Origin: Promethearchaeota archaeon
GTDB lineage: Archaea; Asgardarchaeota; Lokiarchaeia; Sigyniarchaeales; SOKP01
Direction: 5' to 3'
Assembly (NCBI GenBank): GCA_048938855.1
Contig: JBHLLT010000020.1
Location: 1 to 52,612 of the forward strand
DNA: 52,612 nt
The translations under genes were made by a program, and so were the position numbers. Below, piece after piece: positions 1-10,237 of this stretch (its first letter is position 1; every line of letters starts with the position of its first letter). Under the pieces are notes generated by a model. The model was not told the origin of the DNA, did not search any database, and worked only from the letters and a program-made list of their open reading frames with translations.

Positions 1-398
1 TTTTATTTATTGCTGCAATTTCCATGCTAGGATATTCTATCCTTGAGATCGGCGATAGTATTATAGTTTTCCTAATAGCAATAAATCTGATTCCCAATTT
101 ATATTTGGGGTCGCTATTTTCTGTTCCAATTATACAACAACTCTTAGAATCTCAAATTTTAGTCTTGGCACCAATTTTCTGGGCATTTACATTAATGCGA
201 GTTACATCTACAATTGGTCTTTTTAAAAACTTAATTTGGGGATTTTGGATTGCCATTATAAGTTTAATTACCACCATGATAATAACGTTATTATTTCTAC
301 CAATTGGGGCAATTGAACTGTTCGGATGTAGTATTATCCTCATGTTGTTAGTCATTGGATATTGCCAAGATAATCCTATAATCAAAGATAAAAAATAA
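1..398 (+). CDS. Membrane protein of unknown function, probably 5'-truncated by the window edge
   Basis: The frame is open from position 3 (LFIAAIS before the ATG at 24). The protein has several hydrophobic segments. Confidence 0.6.
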   Translation, partial: LFIAAISMLGYSILEIGDSIIVFLIAINLIPNLYLGSLFSVPIIQQLLESQILVLAPIFWAFTLMRVTSTIGLFKNLIWGFWIAIISLITTMIITLLFLPIGAIELFGCSIILMLLVIGYCQDNPIIKDKK

Positions 399-436
399 CG
401 TAAATAAATAAAATTAAAAATTAAAAGTGTGAAAAA

Positions 437-961
437 ATGGCCAAGAAGGTAAGAAATTTTGAATTTATTGATAAAGAAATGCGAAAAATGTCATTTGGAA
501 TCCTAAGCTCCATCGATCAGAATGGAATGTCTCATTCCACGGGAATTATTTATGGCGTTGCTCCGAAAACATCTAAATTTTGTCTATATCTTTTAACTGA
601 TAAAAACTATAAGAAAGTTAAGAACATCAAAGCTAACAACTCGGTTTCATTTGTTATTCCTTTTCCTCATCATTTGCTCAGATTTGTTCCCGCAAGTTGC
701 ATACAATTCCAAGCAACTGCAGAACTTATACCGTTTACAGATGAAGAAGCTCAGAGCGTTTTTAAAAATGGATCAAAAATTCTTAAAATGAATATTGACC
801 AAATAAATAATTTAAAGGGTCAAGATAATGCAATTTTCATAAAGATCATTCCTCATAATAAACTCTTTTGTTACGGAGTAGGATTAAGTATGATGGAAAT
901 TCGCAAAAATATTGAAACCGGATCATATTCTGTAACTATTCCTAAAGAAAAGTCTTTTTAA
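437..961 (+). CDS. Pyridoxamine 5'-phosphate oxidase-like (FMN/F420-binding split barrel) protein
   Basis: FGILSSIDQNGMSH...LYLLTDKNYKKVKNIKANNSVSF matches the PNPOx-like pattern (LaT.d.dG.P...y..T...s.Kv.ni..np.Vs). Confidence 0.7.
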   Translation: MAKKVRNFEFIDKEMRKMSFGILSSIDQNGMSHSTGIIYGVAPKTSKFCLYLLTDKNYKKVKNIKANNSVSFVIPFPHHLLRFVPASCIQFQATAELIPFTDEEAQSVFKNGSKILKMNIDQINNLKGQDNAIFIKIIPHNKLFCYGVGLSMMEIRKNIETGSYSVTIPKEKSF

Positions 962-1072
962 GACTATTTTTTAATTTAATAAATAGATTTTCAAAATAGA
1001 GTTGATTCTAGAGTAGATTCATCCACGATTAATAAATATTATACGTGATTAATTTGGGCTTTGAATTTTTTA

Positions 1073-2284
1073 TTACTTTTTAGCTATTTCTGAATCATTA
1101 GAAGTTTGAGTGTTATTTCCAGCAGGCCTTAGCGATTTCCGTTTTGAGATGAGATTTGCGAAAATAATTGGAATGAAAAAAGTAAATATTATACTAGAAG
1201 CAATAATAACGGAATATAATCCAGGATCGATTAATCCGCTACTTAATAAGATCGTCATTACTACTATTCCTGTACTGAACTTTACAGATACCCCAATTCC
1301 TACTAAAAGAGAATCTTTTTTACCCAGAGCTTTTCTTCCTCCAAGATAGCTACCCAGTAATTTAGCTGCGAACCCTACAATAACAACTAGTATGATAAAT
1401 ATAGGAAACATTAAAAGATAACTCAAATCCATTGAAGCTCCAACCCATAAGAAAAATAAGGGAGCAAAAAGCCCATAACACACTGTTTTAATTTCAGATT
1501 CTATGAATTCCAATCGTTCTTTAGGTAGAAATGTTTTTAAACCAATCCCTGCAAATAATGCTGCAAGCGGAGCCGCTTCAGCATAAAAACCTACACCTAT
1601 AAATAAAAACAAGACAAATACAACAAAAACAAAGAGAGACTCCACTCCAGTATGTTTAAATTTACTCCTTTTTTTCCCAATTTTGATAAAACCAATACTT
1701 AAAATAAACAATACGACAAGAGCGACAAGAATTATTACTACATCAACTATGCTTTGAGCACTCGTCCCTACAAATAAAATAACTAAAATTAACGTGAAAA
1801 TTTCAAAAATGTCATCCAATGTACCAACACCAATTATAGTTTGCCCCAATGGCTCATTGGTTAGCTTAAATTCATCTAATATTGGGATTAAAATTTCTTC
1901 TCCTACAGTCGCAAAGGATAAGCTTACAATGATTGAGACAAAAATATTATTCCCAAAAAGAAAACATATGAGAAGTGTTCCCAAAAAAGTTGCTAAAACG
2001 ATTGTTATTGTTGTAGTTTTAATGATAAATTTGCCTTGCTTTTTCATTTCTTTTAGATCGATCTCAAAACCAATTATAAAGAGTAATAGATACATTCCTA
2101 ATTGCGCAAGGAAATCAAAGGTCGAGGAGGTTGTTATATCCGTGAATGGATTATATATCGCAAGAGCGAACCCGATAAGTAATGAAGAAAATATCCAAGG
2201 AATATGAATTTTTTCAATTAATTTCCCTATAACGAAAGTTAGTAAGAATACTATACTTAAAAACAAAAAAATATTAAAATCCAT
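1073..2284 (-). CDS. Cation:proton antiporter (CPA2 / Na_H_Exchanger family)
   Basis: About 12 TM segments. LAQLGMYLLLFIIGFEIDL, LGQTIIGVGTLDDI and FAPLFFLWVGASMDL motifs. No RCK domain. Confidence 0.85.
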   Translation of the reverse strand: MDFNIFLFLSIVFLLTFVIGKLIEKIHIPWIFSSLLIGFALAIYNPFTDITTSSTFDFLAQLGMYLLLFIIGFEIDLKEMKKQGKFIIKTTTITIVLATFLGTLLICFLFGNNIFVSIIVSLSFATVGEEILIPILDEFKLTNEPLGQTIIGVGTLDDIFEIFTLILVILFVGTSAQSIVDVVIILVALVVLFILSIGFIKIGKKRSKFKHTGVESLFVFVVFVLFLFIGVGFYAEAAPLAALFAGIGLKTFLPKERLEFIESEIKTVCYGLFAPLFFLWVGASMDLSYLLMFPIFIILVVIVGFAAKLLGSYLGGRKALGKKDSLLVGIGVSVKFSTGIVVMTILLSSGLIDPGLYSVIIASSIIFTFFIPIIFANLISKRKSLRPAGNNTQTSNDSEIAKK

Positions 2285-2481
2285 TAAAAAAGCAGAAGGA
2301 AGAAAATATTTAAACCTTTTTTATGAACCCATAATTAAAAATATTATAAATTATAGTTAAAAATAATCTCGAGATTCATCCCAATGGATTAAATAGTAAA
2401 ATTTAACTTTAAGTAAATGTCCTTGAGCAGAGATTTTTTTATTTATAAAAAAAATTGATTGTTACTGTTATCTTTCTTCAT

Positions 2482-3036
2482 TTATTTTTTCAATTTAAAA
2501 ATAGTAGTTAATCTGGCTAATTGTGAAAGATCGGTATTATCAAGATTATCTTCTTTGGGATTCCAACCAAAAAGCACTTTAGCAGCTTTTCCGAATTTTG
2601 TAATATACCATTTTAATATATTAATTTTTTGTTGCATATCAGAAATACTATCAATTTTAGGTTTGAATTTATGAAATCCGAGCATTATCGTAACAAATTC
2701 AGGATAAGCACGTAAGTTCTTAACCCAAGTTGCATTTTCTCCTCTAGCAGCAAAAATTACAATATCTTCTTCGTATTTTCTGTATTCTAAAGGAGTTCTT
2801 CTCTTTTTTCCCGTTTTCCATCCTTTTGTAGTTAAGATTAAAAATATTTTCCCTAATCCAAATAGGGGTAACAACTTTACTCGATATAATGGAACCATTA
2901 AATACTTATTCAATTTTTGCCATTTTTTTAATGTTTTTCTTTTAGATTGTTCATCTTTAAAATGGAAATTATACATTACTGATCCGGGCCGAGGTAATTC
3001 TCCCTCATTAGCTTTCGCGTCTTTAGAATCTAACAT
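2482..3036 (-). CDS. Deazaflavin (F420H2)-dependent nitroreductase/oxidoreductase family protein
   Basis: LILTTKGWKTGKKRRTPL and ATWVKNLRAYP match the DDN family motifs (LtT.GrkSG..R.tPL; p.W..NLra.P). Confidence 0.8.
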   Translation of the reverse strand: MLDSKDAKANEGELPRPGSVMYNFHFKDEQSKRKTLKKWQKLNKYLMVPLYRVKLLPLFGLGKIFLILTTKGWKTGKKRRTPLEYRKYEEDIVIFAARGENATWVKNLRAYPEFVTIMLGFHKFKPKIDSISDMQQKINILKWYITKFGKAAKVLFGWNPKEDNLDNTDLSQLARLTTIFKLKK

Positions 3037-3169
3037 ATTCCAACAATGGTGAAAACTTAATTTATGAATAATAAAATTATTGATTCTTTTTATGATTGTT
3101 TATACTCCAGAAACATACTTTAAATTTTAAGACAATATATTTTTATTGTTTTTATCTGAAGATTATATT

Positions 3170-3487
3170 ATGACAACTTTAGATGAAATAAATAAAAAAT
3201 TTAATGAAAAGGAAGCCGAAATTCAAAAAGAAATTTCAATAGATTTTGATTCTGTGCTTAGCAAAATCTATACTAAATATGAACAAGACTATCGGGATTT
3301 GGGGAATGTTAAGAAGGAAAAAAGAGAATTAAAAGATAGAATCTCAGAATTTAAAATTATCCTGAAATTATTCAAAAAGGAAATTAAGATATTAACTGCT
3401 AATAAAAAAAAAGTCCTGAAGCAAAGATTAGCTGAACTAAATAAAGAAAAAGCTGAGGAAATCAAGAAATTGAGTGCTGATGTCTAA
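3170..3487 (+). CDS. Small K/E-rich coiled-coil hypothetical protein
   Basis: Charged helical composition. ATG 3170 preferred over TTG 3146. Confidence 0.6.
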   Translation: MTTLDEINKKFNEKEAEIQKEISIDFDSVLSKIYTKYEQDYRDLGNVKKEKRELKDRISEFKIILKLFKKEIKILTANKKKVLKQRLAELNKEKAEEIKKLSADV

Positions 3488-3631
3488 TAAATCTCTTATA
3501 TATACAAAAATTTCGTGAGATTCCTTAATTCTTAAAGATCTAACTATGATTTAGAAATCAAATTTTAATCTTATTGGGTTATAGGATCTTTTAATTCTAA
3601 ATATTTCATCAAAGGATTAAAAATAATTCTT

Positions 3632-5113
3632 TTAGATTGTCTCTCCCGTAATTCTATTAACTTTTAAGTGTCGAAATCGAGCACTACTTCGAGTGATTTC
3701 TTCACTGGTTAATATTTTCTTAACAACTTCATCTGGGAATAAATATTTTGCCAAGTGGATTATCATTTCTTTAGTCTCAATACAATTAAATAATTTCAAA
3801 CTTTCAATTGAGTAAAATAGTTCACTTATCAAATCATAATTTGTATCTACAGATATATCAAGAAGTTCTAAATTTCTATAAATTCTTTGTACTATATTTT
3901 TCAATAAGTTAAAATCCGCTAGCTTTTCGAGAGAGTTTTGCATATAATTTAAAAAAAGAACGTAATATGTAGCTTCAGAAGTAATAAAGCCATCCCGATA
4001 TTGTTTTATGCCCTGAGGATTGATACGTTTTTCAATTTCGTCAATAATTGCTTTAACATCATCCTCCATATCACTAACTCCTAATTGTCTATATATTTTT
4101 AAGATTACCACTAATTGGGAAGTCTCAAGGGTTTGTAAATAGTTAGGTTCGAAAAATCTCGACTCCGTTTTCACAAGTTTATTTATTTGCTGGTGAGTTA
4201 ACCATAATTTCATTAATATGGTGGATTTGAAAAAATAATAAGCACCATCTGTAGCCTCGATGAGTGGAGATTCATATCTATCTTGAGCTTCGTCTAGTAA
4301 TTCCAGCAAAAACATAGTAATCTTTTCTTTATCAAGATTTACATTCAAGGCTTTTCCTAAATAAATTCCGCAGAAATAAATATCAGGATTTTTTAAAGAA
4401 ACTAATGGAACATCTATCAACCACTCATCAAGATTTTCTTCTATATATGATTTTATATGAGAAAAATTAATCAATTTTTGGAGATGGAAGAATTCAATAA
4501 TTCTATAAATTAAATATATTAGTTGAAGTTTATACTGAGGTTCTTCTAAATCCTCTAGACTTTCAATTTCCTTTTTGCTTTCCCTCAATTTTTCAATGAC
4601 TTTTTCTTGGATGTGAATATATTTTCTTAAATTCTCAATTTTTTCAGGATCTCTTTCAATTAGAGTTTTTAAATTTCGTAATTCCATTATGAATTCAAGA
4701 GTAAGAAACCCCATTTCTTTAAATTTTAACATGAGAGGTGCTAAACCTTCCTCAACAAGATAAGAAGTAATTTTTTCCAAAAAAATCTCATAGACAAGAG
4801 GGGCAATTTTTTTATCATAAATCTGAATTGCCGAAGATATAATGTCTTTTTCATCATCCTTTAATTCCAAATAAGGATCTGTAAATTTATTCTCAATTTC
4901 AGTTTGTTCAAAGCCTAATTCAATAAAATAATTTATAAGGTCTAAACATAAATTTTTGTTAAATGTATCTAGATTTTCTTTTTCTATTATTTTATTACCA
5001 TAATTTTCTATGATTTTCGCTTTAAAATGATTTATTACATTATCATAAAAAAAATCGATATTGTTTAAGTACAGTTCTAAAATATTAAATATTCCTTGAA
5101 ATATCATTGCCAA
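3632..5113 (-). CDS. Hypothetical all-alpha protein; C-terminal half possibly prenyltransferase-like (alpha/alpha toroid) repeats
   Basis: 493-aa ORF. Motifs such as QGIKQYRDGFITSEATYYVL and EATDGAYYFF weakly recall prenyltransferase-type repeats. The fold call is tentative. Confidence 0.55.
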   Translation of the reverse strand: MAMIFQGIFNILELYLNNIDFFYDNVINHFKAKIIENYGNKIIEKENLDTFNKNLCLDLINYFIELGFEQTEIENKFTDPYLELKDDEKDIISSAIQIYDKKIAPLVYEIFLEKITSYLVEEGLAPLMLKFKEMGFLTLEFIMELRNLKTLIERDPEKIENLRKYIHIQEKVIEKLRESKKEIESLEDLEEPQYKLQLIYLIYRIIEFFHLQKLINFSHIKSYIEENLDEWLIDVPLVSLKNPDIYFCGIYLGKALNVNLDKEKITMFLLELLDEAQDRYESPLIEATDGAYYFFKSTILMKLWLTHQQINKLVKTESRFFEPNYLQTLETSQLVVILKIYRQLGVSDMEDDVKAIIDEIEKRINPQGIKQYRDGFITSEATYYVLFLNYMQNSLEKLADFNLLKNIVQRIYRNLELLDISVDTNYDLISELFYSIESLKLFNCIETKEMIIHLAKYLFPDEVVKKILTSEEITRSSARFRHLKVNRITGETI

Positions 5114-5519
5114 AAAAAAATACTATAGATAATTTATTTAAATTACAAAAAAAATTAATACTTTTTTATAATAATTTAATTAATGTAAAAAATCTTAAAC
5201 ACTTTCCTTATTTTCTCATTACTTTTTTTCCCTATTAGATTTTGTGCTAAAAATTCAGCATATTTGTGAGATTACTTAATTTCAATATGAAAAATTAATA
5301 AACCGCAACTTTTTACGAACCTTTTTAATTAAGTACGCTTATAATTTACTTTTATGTATTGAAGGAATACTATAAAGCAATTTTGCATTAAGAGAGTAAG
5401 CTTTTTAATAGTATATCCCTTAAGTCCTCCTTTCTAATCTTATTAGATAAATTTATACGTATAATTTAATTATATAAATATAAAAATTACTTTTTAATAA
5501 TATAAAAAGATGAGTTTAG

Positions 5520-5888
5520 TTGAATGGCAAAAAAAAATTCTATCTCTTATTAGGAATATTTCAAATTCTATTGATTTTTATCGTATTATTTTCAGTTGAT
5601 GGATTAGTAACATTCGTTTCCGCTCAAGTTTCTGATTTTGATTATTATAATTCTCTAACTGCAGGAATGTTAGCAATAGCAGCATCTATCTCACTCGCAG
5701 CTTCGGTAATAGGAAGTGGATTAGCGTTAAAGACAGTCGGAACTGCAGCTATCTCTTCACTTTCTGAACGAGAGGAAACTTTTTTCAAAGCTTTTCTAGT
5801 AGTTGCTTTGTGTGAAGCTTTGGCAATCTATGGGTTAATAGTTGCTATCCTCTTATGGACAAAGATTCCTAATATAGTAGTAGGATAA
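5520..5888 (+). CDS. atpK: A/V-type ATP synthase subunit K (c, proteolipid), single hairpin with an N-terminal signal-like segment
   Basis: GSGLAL..VG.AA helix, and ALCEALAIYGLIVAILL containing the ion-carrying Glu. First gene of the ATPase operon. Confidence 0.9.
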   Translation: MNGKKKFYLLLGIFQILLIFIVLFSVDGLVTFVSAQVSDFDYYNSLTAGMLAIAASISLAASVIGSGLALKTVGTAAISSLSEREETFFKAFLVVALCEALAIYGLIVAILLWTKIPNIVVG

Positions 5889-5945
5889 ATTAATTTTTTA
5901 TATTTATAAACTTTTTTATCTTAACTACAATCTGGTGGTATATTT

Positions 5946-7004
5946 TTGAGTACTATTGTTCCATCTTATGCTTATACTTATATTAAAATAGCATTTTTAA
6001 GGAGTTTGACTATAGATGAAATTTCTTTAGAGAATTTTAATAAGGCTAAAAATGTCAATAAAGTTTTAGAATCTATAGCTCCTTTTTACCCAGATTTAAA
6101 TATTAAGGAAAAAACTATCGAAAATATCGAATTAGCGTTATATCATAATTATATTAAATTGGTGGGAAAAATTATGCTTTATTCACCACAAAATATGAGA
6201 TTATTTCTAAAAAATTTCCTTTTAAAGTTTGAAATAATCAATATTAAACAAATTATAATTGCTTCAATTCTAGGAATAGATCAAAAAAACAAAAGAAAAA
6301 AAGTAAATTTTCAAGTTGAAGAATATTTAGATAATACAGAATTTATTGAAGATATGCTAAAAATCTCGTCTTTGGAAGAATTTCAATTATTTTTTAAAAA
6401 TACTGAATACAGAATTCCAATAAGAGAAGGAATATCATATTTTAAGAATTATAATGAAATTTTTGTCCTAGAAGCTTTTTTAGACAAATTCTATTATGAA
6501 AATATGATAAGACAATTAAAGAATTTAAATCCAAAAGAAAAAAAGATTATAACTGATTTTGTAAAATATAAAACAGAAATATACAATATAAACATTATCT
6601 ATCGAGGATTAAAAAACAATATTGAGAAGGATTTATTAAACCAATTTATTATTGATTATTATTTATTTTTAGACAGACGTAAAATTGATTATTTATTAAG
6701 TATTGAAGATCTCAATGTATTAATTTCATTAATAGTGAATTATATCAAAAATTATAAAGAAATAAAAAGATTTTATAAAAATATAGTTATTGACTCGGAA
6801 CATTTGGTTCATTCAATTGAAAAGATATATCTCAACTATTATTTTAAGAAACTCAAGATACAGATTGATGACATTGATTTAATCACGATTTTCAGGATAG
6901 TAGAGCTTATAATTAAAAAAGAAAATGAAATTCGTTTTGAGATTATCCCTAAAGTAATTGAAATTATTAATAAAAAATATGAAGAATTAAAATTATTAAA
7001 TTAA
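5946..7004 (+). CDS. atpC: A/V-type ATP synthase subunit C (Vo d-like)
   Basis: 352 aa. YAY..., KFEIINIK.II, TEY, LEAFLDKFYY, EIYNINIIYRG and ENEIR match the AC39 family pattern. Operon position agrees. Confidence 0.8.
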   Translation: MSTIVPSYAYTYIKIAFLRSLTIDEISLENFNKAKNVNKVLESIAPFYPDLNIKEKTIENIELALYHNYIKLVGKIMLYSPQNMRLFLKNFLLKFEIINIKQIIIASILGIDQKNKRKKVNFQVEEYLDNTEFIEDMLKISSLEEFQLFFKNTEYRIPIREGISYFKNYNEIFVLEAFLDKFYYENMIRQLKNLNPKEKKIITDFVKYKTEIYNINIIYRGLKNNIEKDLLNQFIIDYYLFLDRRKIDYLLSIEDLNVLISLIVNYIKNYKEIKRFYKNIVIDSEHLVHSIEKIYLNYYFKKLKIQIDDIDLITIFRIVELIIKKENEIRFEIIPKVIEIINKKYEELKLLN

Positions 7005-7026
7005 TCGAAAAAAATAGGTTAAAATT

Positions 7027-7338
7027 ATGAAAATATTTGATTGGGTTGAAGAAATCGAGAGTATATATAAAGATTTAATTGATAAAGCAAAGAAAGAAAA
7101 TCTTACTGAATTAGAAAATCTGAGGTCTGAGCGAGAAAAAAATATGGAAGAAAAAATTGAGGCAAACCACAAAATAGTAAATTCAGCATTGAATTCTCTG
7201 ATAAAAGAATTGGATAATAAAAATACTTTCATCGCAGAAAAAGTAAAGGAATTTAAGACAAAAATGGAAGAGCAATATCAAAACTCAAAAGACGAATTAT
7301 TTAATTTATTAATAAAAGATATTGGATTTGATTTTTAA
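7027..7338 (+). CDS. A/V-type ATP synthase peripheral stalk subunit H/G
   Basis: 103-aa charged coiled coil (EEIE...LIDKAKKE) inside the operon. TAATG overlap with the next gene. Confidence 0.65.
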   Translation: MKIFDWVEEIESIYKDLIDKAKKENLTELENLRSEREKNMEEKIEANHKIVNSALNSLIKELDNKNTFIAEKVKEFKTKMEEQYQNSKDELFNLLIKDIGFDF

Positions 7339-7667
7339 TGGCTGGGCAGAAAATTCATATTTTAGGGGGGGAAGACATTGTTTTATTATTTGGACTTTTA
7401 GGAATTGATGGTACAATAATTGAAAATAGAGAAGATTTTCTTAAGACATTTGAGAGCTTAATTAAAGAATCTTCAATAGGAATGATAATTATCTTTATGG
7501 AGTTGCCCAATGAAACAATAGATTATATCTTGGACTTCAAGATTAGCAATAAAACTCCATTTATATATTTAGTGCCTAATATATTTCAATCCGATGTTAA
7601 AAACCGCGATATTTTTTATAATAAAATTTATGAATCTATTGAACAAATTATAACTTCAGAGATGTAG
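7338..7667 (+). CDS. atpF: A/V-type ATP synthase subunit F
   Basis: KIHILGGEDIVLLFGLLGIDG...IGMIII...PFIYLVP is the subunit F signature. Confidence 0.85.
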   Translation: MAGQKIHILGGEDIVLLFGLLGIDGTIIENREDFLKTFESLIKESSIGMIIIFMELPNETIDYILDFKISNKTPFIYLVPNIFQSDVKNRDIFYNKIYESIEQIITSEM

Positions 7668-7668
7668 A

Positions 7669-8394
7669 ATTATTTCAGAAACTGACAAATTAAAAGAACG
7701 GTTCGGTAGGCTGGGATTATACCTTATTGAAAAAGCTAAAGAAGAAATCAAATTATTAGATCAACAAACTCTTTTTCAAATTGCAGAAACAAAAAAGAAG
7801 TATAGTGAAAGAATAGCTGAGAGTTCATCTAAAGTTAAAAATAATTTTATTGAAAATTATAATAAACGTTTAAATAATGCTTTATCTTCAACTCTTTTAA
7901 AAATAAAAGAAGAAACTTTGAATGTAAAAAATGAATTAATTTCACACTTAATTATTGACTTAAATCGAGAACTACAAAAGAAAATAAACGATAATTATTC
8001 AAATTATATAAAATTTTTATTAGAGATATTTATTTCTATCAAACATTTAATTGATAAACCTCCTGAAATCGTAATAAATTTCAATTCAAGAGATTATGAA
8101 TACTTTATTAAAAATTTCGATAAAATTCAAAAGATCTTTGAGAATAAAGTGATATTAAATCCTTCCCAAGAAGAATTTATAGGAGGATTTAAAATTTTAC
8201 AAACCAAAATGAATATTTCATATGATTTTTCAATTACAAGTTTAATAAATAAAAGAAGATCAGTAATTGAAATTGAATTTTCAAAAATCTTTTCTAATAT
8301 TTATTTTAAAATTAATGAAATAATACAAGACTATGAAAAATTTATCCTAAATCAAAAAAAAGCAATAAATGAATATTTAAAAAATTATGACTAA
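7669..8394 (+). CDS. atpE: A/V-type ATP synthase subunit E (start probably ATT 7669/7672 or CTG 7711, not TTG 7918)
   Basis: The frame is open from 7654 and encodes the N-terminal coiled coil (GLYLIEKAKEEIK...). The C-terminal domain has NSRD and IGGFKIL...YDFS. Confidence 0.8.
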   Translation: MISETDKLKERFGRLGLYLIEKAKEEIKLLDQQTLFQIAETKKKYSERIAESSSKVKNNFIENYNKRLNNALSSTLLKIKEETLNVKNELISHLIIDLNRELQKKINDNYSNYIKFLLEIFISIKHLIDKPPEIVINFNSRDYEYFIKNFDKIQKIFENKVILNPSQEEFIGGFKILQTKMNISYDFSITSLINKRRSVIEIEFSKIFSNIYFKINEIIQDYEKFILNQKKAINEYLKNYD

Positions 8395-10237
8395 AACAAG
8401 CAAAACTGCATACGAAGAGCTTACTTCAGGTTATATATCATCTATAAATGGGTCATTAATTGAAATTAAAGGTTTTGAGAAAGAAGTGCGCATTCATGAT
8501 TTAGTGAGAGAATCTGAACATAATATTTTAGGGGAAGTGATCCAGATCTATTCAAATCATGTAACTGCTCAATGTTTCGAAAATACAAATAATTTAAAAC
8601 TCGGAGAAAAAGTGATTAATCTAAAAGAACCATTGTCAATGGAATTGGGTCCTGGATTACTAGGTAACGTTTTCGATGGTATTCAAAGACCCTTAGATAC
8701 CACTTTTAAGACAACCCATAAAGGTTTTTTAGAGAGGGGAAATGATCTCCCTTCCTTATCCAGGGTTAAAAAATGGCATTTTAGACCCTTAAAAAAAGTT
8801 AAAGATCCGGTAAGTTCAGGTGATATTATTGGAACTGTGCAAGAGACTGATTTAATTGAACATAGAATACTAGTACCGATTGGAGTTTCAGGAAAATTAA
8901 CTAATATAGTTAAAGAAGGAGATTATACAATCACGGATGAGATATATTCTGTAAGTATTAAAGATCATGAAAAAACTTTCTCTATGTTGCAAAAATGGCC
9001 AGTCACTAAAAGTAGACCGTATAAAAGGCGAGAAAGTCCAAATGAACCGTTAATAACGGGTATGCGAGTAATAGATTTATTATTTCCAATAGCAAAAGGA
9101 GGAACTGTAGCAGTACCGGGGGGTTTCGGGACTGGTAAGACTGTCATTCAACAATCATTAGCTAAATGGTGTAACGCAGATGTTATCATTTTTGTAGGAT
9201 GTGGAGAACGAGGAAATGAGATTGCTGATGTTTTAAAACAATTTACAGAAATTATAGATCCAAAAAGTGGAAGACCCTTATTGGATCGTATAATACTAAT
9301 TGCTAATACATCAAATATGCCAGTATCTGCTCGTGAAGCAAGTATTTTCTCTGGAGTAACAATTGGAGAATATTATCGAGATATGGGGTATGATGTTGCG
9401 GTATTAGCAGATAGCACCTCAAGATGGGCAGAATCTTTACGAGAAATTTCAGGTTTATTAGAAGAGATGCCCGCTGAAGAAGGTTATCCCGCATATTTAC
9501 CTTCAAAAATCTCAAGTTTTTATGAAAGAGCAGGAGTTGTAAATATTTTAGGGGAAAACGATACAAATAACGAAAGATTTGGGTCTTTAACTATTATTGG
9601 TTCAGTATCACCACCTTCTGGAGATTTTAGTGAACCGGTAACAGCAACGACTAAACGTTTTGTCCAAGCTTTCTGGGCTTTAGATGCAAGCTTAGCTTAT
9701 TCTAAACATTATCCTGCTATAAATTGGCTAAATTCATATTCAAATTATCCTGAGTACATAGTCGACTGGTGGGTTGATAAAGATATATTTTGGCCAGAAA
9801 TAAACGTCGATTGGTATGAATGTAGAAATCAAATAAATAATATCCTCTCACAGGAGAATGAATTGAAAAATATTATGCAATTAATTGGAGAAGAAAACTT
9901 GCCCGAAGATCAGCAATTAATTCTGTTTATTACAAAATTGATAAGAAATGGTTATTTAATACAAAATGCGTTTGATAACATAGATAATTTCACCGATATT
10001 AAAAAGTTAATAGGGCAAATCAAGTTAATTCTTTTGTTATATAAAGAAGGGAAAGAATTATTAAAATCAGGTTATTTAATTGAAGATATTAAAAGTCTTA
10101 GCATGATTGATGATATTCTAAGAATTAGTTATTCAATTTCAAATGACGATTTTTTCAAAATAGAGAACTTAAAGAAAAGGTTAATTAGTGAAATCGAATC
10201 ATTAAAATTATCATTTGGTGTGTTAAAAGAGAAATGA
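8387..10237 (+). CDS. atpA: A/V-type ATP synthase catalytic subunit A (copy 1, canonical motifs)
   Basis: [18 protein letters not shown], Walker [47 protein letters not shown] and GDFSEPVT. Confidence 0.97.
   Translation: MTKTSKTAYEELTSGYISSINGSLIEIKGFEKEVRIHDLVRESEHNILGEVIQIYSNHVTAQCFENTNNLKLGEKVINLKEPLSMELGPGLLGNVFDGIQRPLDTTFKTTHKGFLERGNDLPSLSRVKKWHFRPLKKVKDPVSSGDIIGTVQETDLIEHRILVPIGVSGKLTNIVKEGDYTITDEIYSVSIKDHEKTFSMLQKWPVTKSRPYKRRESPNEPLITGMRVIDLLFPIAKGGTVAVPGGFGTGKTVIQQSLAKWCNADVIIFVGCGERGNEIADVLKQFTEIIDPKSGRPLLDRIILIANTSNMPVSAREASIFSGVTIGEYYRDMGYDVAVLADSTSRWAESLREISGLLEEMPAEEGYPAYLPSKISSFYERAGVVNILGENDTNNERFGSLTIIGSVSPPSGDFSEPVTATTKRFVQAFWALDASLAYSKHYPAINWLNSYSNYPEYIVDWWVDKDIFWPEINVDWYECRNQINNILSQENELKNIMQLIGEENLPEDQQLILFITKLIRNGYLIQNAFDNIDNFTDIKKLIGQIKLILLLYKEGKELLKSGYLIEDIKSLSMIDDILRISYSISNDDFFKIENLKKRLISEIESLKLSFGVLKEK

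Noticed and set aside
5510-5600. Frameshift at the A-run near 5528-5537 joining ATG 5510 to atpK
   Set aside because: The TTG 5520 frame already gives a coherent basic-plus-hydrophobic leader, so no frameshift is required. Reads would be needed to exclude it.
7918-8394. ORF-track 158-aa version of subunit E
   Set aside because: It lacks the N-terminal coiled coil, which is present in frame upstream.
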